Shown here one piece after another: positions 62,678 to 64,000 of a DNA stretch of 64,000 bases (within the stretch, counting starts at the first letter, position 1; each line of letters opens with the position of its first letter). The stretch spans positions 43,468 through 107,467 of the forward strand of contig CAYNPN010000001.1 in assembly GCA_964399085.1 (NCBI GenBank). The letters are read 5' to 3'. The notes beneath the pieces are model-generated. The model did not search any database. It was not told the DNA's origin and was given only the letters and a program-made list of their open reading frames with translations. The position numbers were made by a program, and so were the translations under genes. The stretch is from Candidatus Hadarchaeota archaeon. Its GTDB lineage: Archaea; Hadarchaeota; Hadarchaeia; Hadarchaeales; JAGGTB01.

Positions 62678-63358
62678 TCACGATTTGGAGAATTCGTACA
62701 CTTCTCCAGGATCCAAGTCGATAGCTTCCGCTTCGGTATCCGCTTTTTTTAATTCTTCCAAGAATTTATCGGAGGATTGATCCAAGACTGGAAATGTTTT
62801 ATAGTGCATCGGAATGACTTTTTCAGGTTCTATTAGCTCCACGGCTCTAGCTGCTTCTCGAGCCCCCATTGTGTAGTAGTCACCTATGGGCAGGCAAGCG
62901 ATTTCGGGATCATAAAGTTCACTGATTAATTCCATGTCACCGAAAATACTGGTGTCACCTGCGTGGTAAATCCGCTTTTCATCTAATCCCAGCACGAATC
63001 CTGTGGGAACGGCTCGATCTGAGGAATGGAAGGCCTTTACCATGGAAATGTCAAATCCTTCTACTTCCTCCGTGGCTCCTATGTTCATTCCAATAACTTC
63101 CTCCACTTCCTCTGATACCGCGTAACTCCCGAGCTCGAAAATTCCAACAAAGGTTGCGCCGGTATTCTTGCATATTTCAATCGAATCCCCCAGATGATCC
63201 ATGTGATCATGGGTCACGCAAACTACATCCACATCTTCTATTTCCTCGGCTTCAATGGGGGCCTCCGGATTATCCGTTAGAAAAGGATCTATTAGAATGG
63301 TCCCTTCTTCGGATTTTATTTCAAATCCCGACTGTCCCAACCATTTAATACTTCCCAT
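62678..63358 (-). CDS. Metallo-beta-lactamase-fold hydrolase (UPF0173 type)
   Basis: WLGQSGF and VTHDHMDHLGD (HxHxDH). 226 aa. Confidence 0.85.
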   Translation of the reverse strand: MGSIKWLGQSGFEIKSEEGTILIDPFLTDNPEAPIEAEEIEDVDVVCVTHDHMDHLGDSIEICKNTGATFVGIFELGSYAVSEEVEEVIGMNIGATEEVEGFDISMVKAFHSSDRAVPTGFVLGLDEKRIYHAGDTSIFGDMELISELYDPEIACLPIGDYYTMGAREAARAVELIEPEKVIPMHYKTFPVLDQSSDKFLEELKKADTEAEAIDLDPGEVYEFSKS

Positions 63359-63585
63359 TCTTCTCCCTCGAAATCGTTTCAGGTTAGAAGTTTAATTAAT
63401 TTTCGAGCGAATGATTTGCGATGATTATCAAAGTTGAGAGATCGAGAAGGGAAGCCTTCCTAACGAAAAGAGTGAGTTAGTTAGAGGTGTTTCCCATTCA
63501 TAAATAATATTCGAATCTTAGATTTAATCGTGCTCAGGGAAATTTTTGTCAATTGAGACCCCCGAAACAAAAATGAGGTTAGAAA

Positions 63586-64000
63586 GTGAAGGGTGTAGGA
63601 ATAGACCTTGCCGGAAAGGAAGAAAATCCTACAGGAGTTTCGATATTGGATGATAATTCCATTATATCCCGGCTATTCCATTCAGATGACGAGGTAATTT
63701 CTATCTGCGAGAAATCAAATCCCGATATAATTGCAATGGATGCACCGTTGAGCAAGCCTAAAGAAGGAGGACTTCGAGAATGCGATTCCGGGCTTGTTGA
63801 AAGAGGATATCGCGTTCTACCTCCACTCCTTGGGGGAATGAAATCGCTTACGGAGAGGGGAATTCGACTTGCTGACAATTTACAAAAAAGAGATTTTGAG
63901 GTGATAGAAGTCCATCCGCTCACCTCGGGAAAAACGCTCTTCAACACCTCGGCGAGAGAGAAATGGATATCCATGCTATCGGAGAAAGGGTGGGAGATAG
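63586..64000 (+). CDS. RNase-H-fold protein (DUF429-like), with the 3' end outside the window
   Basis: My translation from GTG 63586 reads VKGVGIDLAGKEENPTGVSILDDNSIISRLFHSDDEVISICEKSNPDIIAMDAPLSKPKEGGLRECDSGLVERGYRVLPP.... It is open to the window end. The 131-aa track ORF on the opposite strand is the antisense artefact. Confidence 0.6.
   Translation, partial: MKGVGIDLAGKEENPTGVSILDDNSIISRLFHSDDEVISICEKSNPDIIAMDAPLSKPKEGGLRECDSGLVERGYRVLPPLLGGMKSLTERGIRLADNLQKRDFEVIEVHPLTSGKTLFNTSAREKWISMLSEKGWEI

Overview
This is an archaeal chromosome segment. The evidence is Orc1/Cdc6, a tRNA with a canonical bulge-helix-bulge intron, PurP, archaemetzincin, archaeal-type TyrRS and MinD, and ADP-forming ACS domains. 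Proteins outside the island are very E/D-rich, which may indicate a salt-adapted euryarchaeon (inference only).

Layout:
- 1-16.8 kb: a nearly complete de novo purine supercluster (carB | purB folD purN purM purS purL purQ | purD purF purE purC | purP purP').
- 16.9-24.7 kb: AMP-forming acs between two Pat-like genes (ACS-like domain plus GNAT), with an IS605-derived MITE after acs.
- 24.8-34.0 kb: an orphan gene bracketed exactly by a 26-28 nt AT-rich palindrome, then tyrS, minD, a SpoIIM-like gene, a GltB-like FMN protein, an NAD-kinase-like gene, archaemetzincin, usp, orc1/cdc6 and tRNA-Pro(CGG).
- 34.0-42.2 kb: an ~8 kb island that looks more AT-rich. It is bounded by a duplicated tRNA 3' end and by two nested pairs of long palindromic sites whose arms look reciprocally exchanged. 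It carries ferredoxin, two molybdopterin oxidoreductases and an acyl-CoA ligase, and ends in a chimeric IS6 / serine-recombinase pseudogene.
- 42.7-45.7 kb: an ELPPG-repeat envelope protein and a TnpB-only IS200/IS605 element.
- 45.9-51.2 kb: a GT2, an SCP2-ADH-AOR cluster and a phosphodiesterase.
- 51.2-54.3 kb: a hairpin-dense GC-rich non-coding block, an IS110 element with structured flanks (bridge/seek-RNA candidate), a second DDE IS and a solo IS605 end.
- 54.3-64 kb: housekeeping genes (NUDIX, SF1 helicase, UroD/MtaA-like, cysteine synthase, FAD protein, frameshifted gamma-CA-like gene, phosphoesterase, MBL hydrolase, RNase-H-fold protein).

I saw no CRISPR array and no rRNA. All functional calls rest on motif recognition by eye. 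No database search was run.
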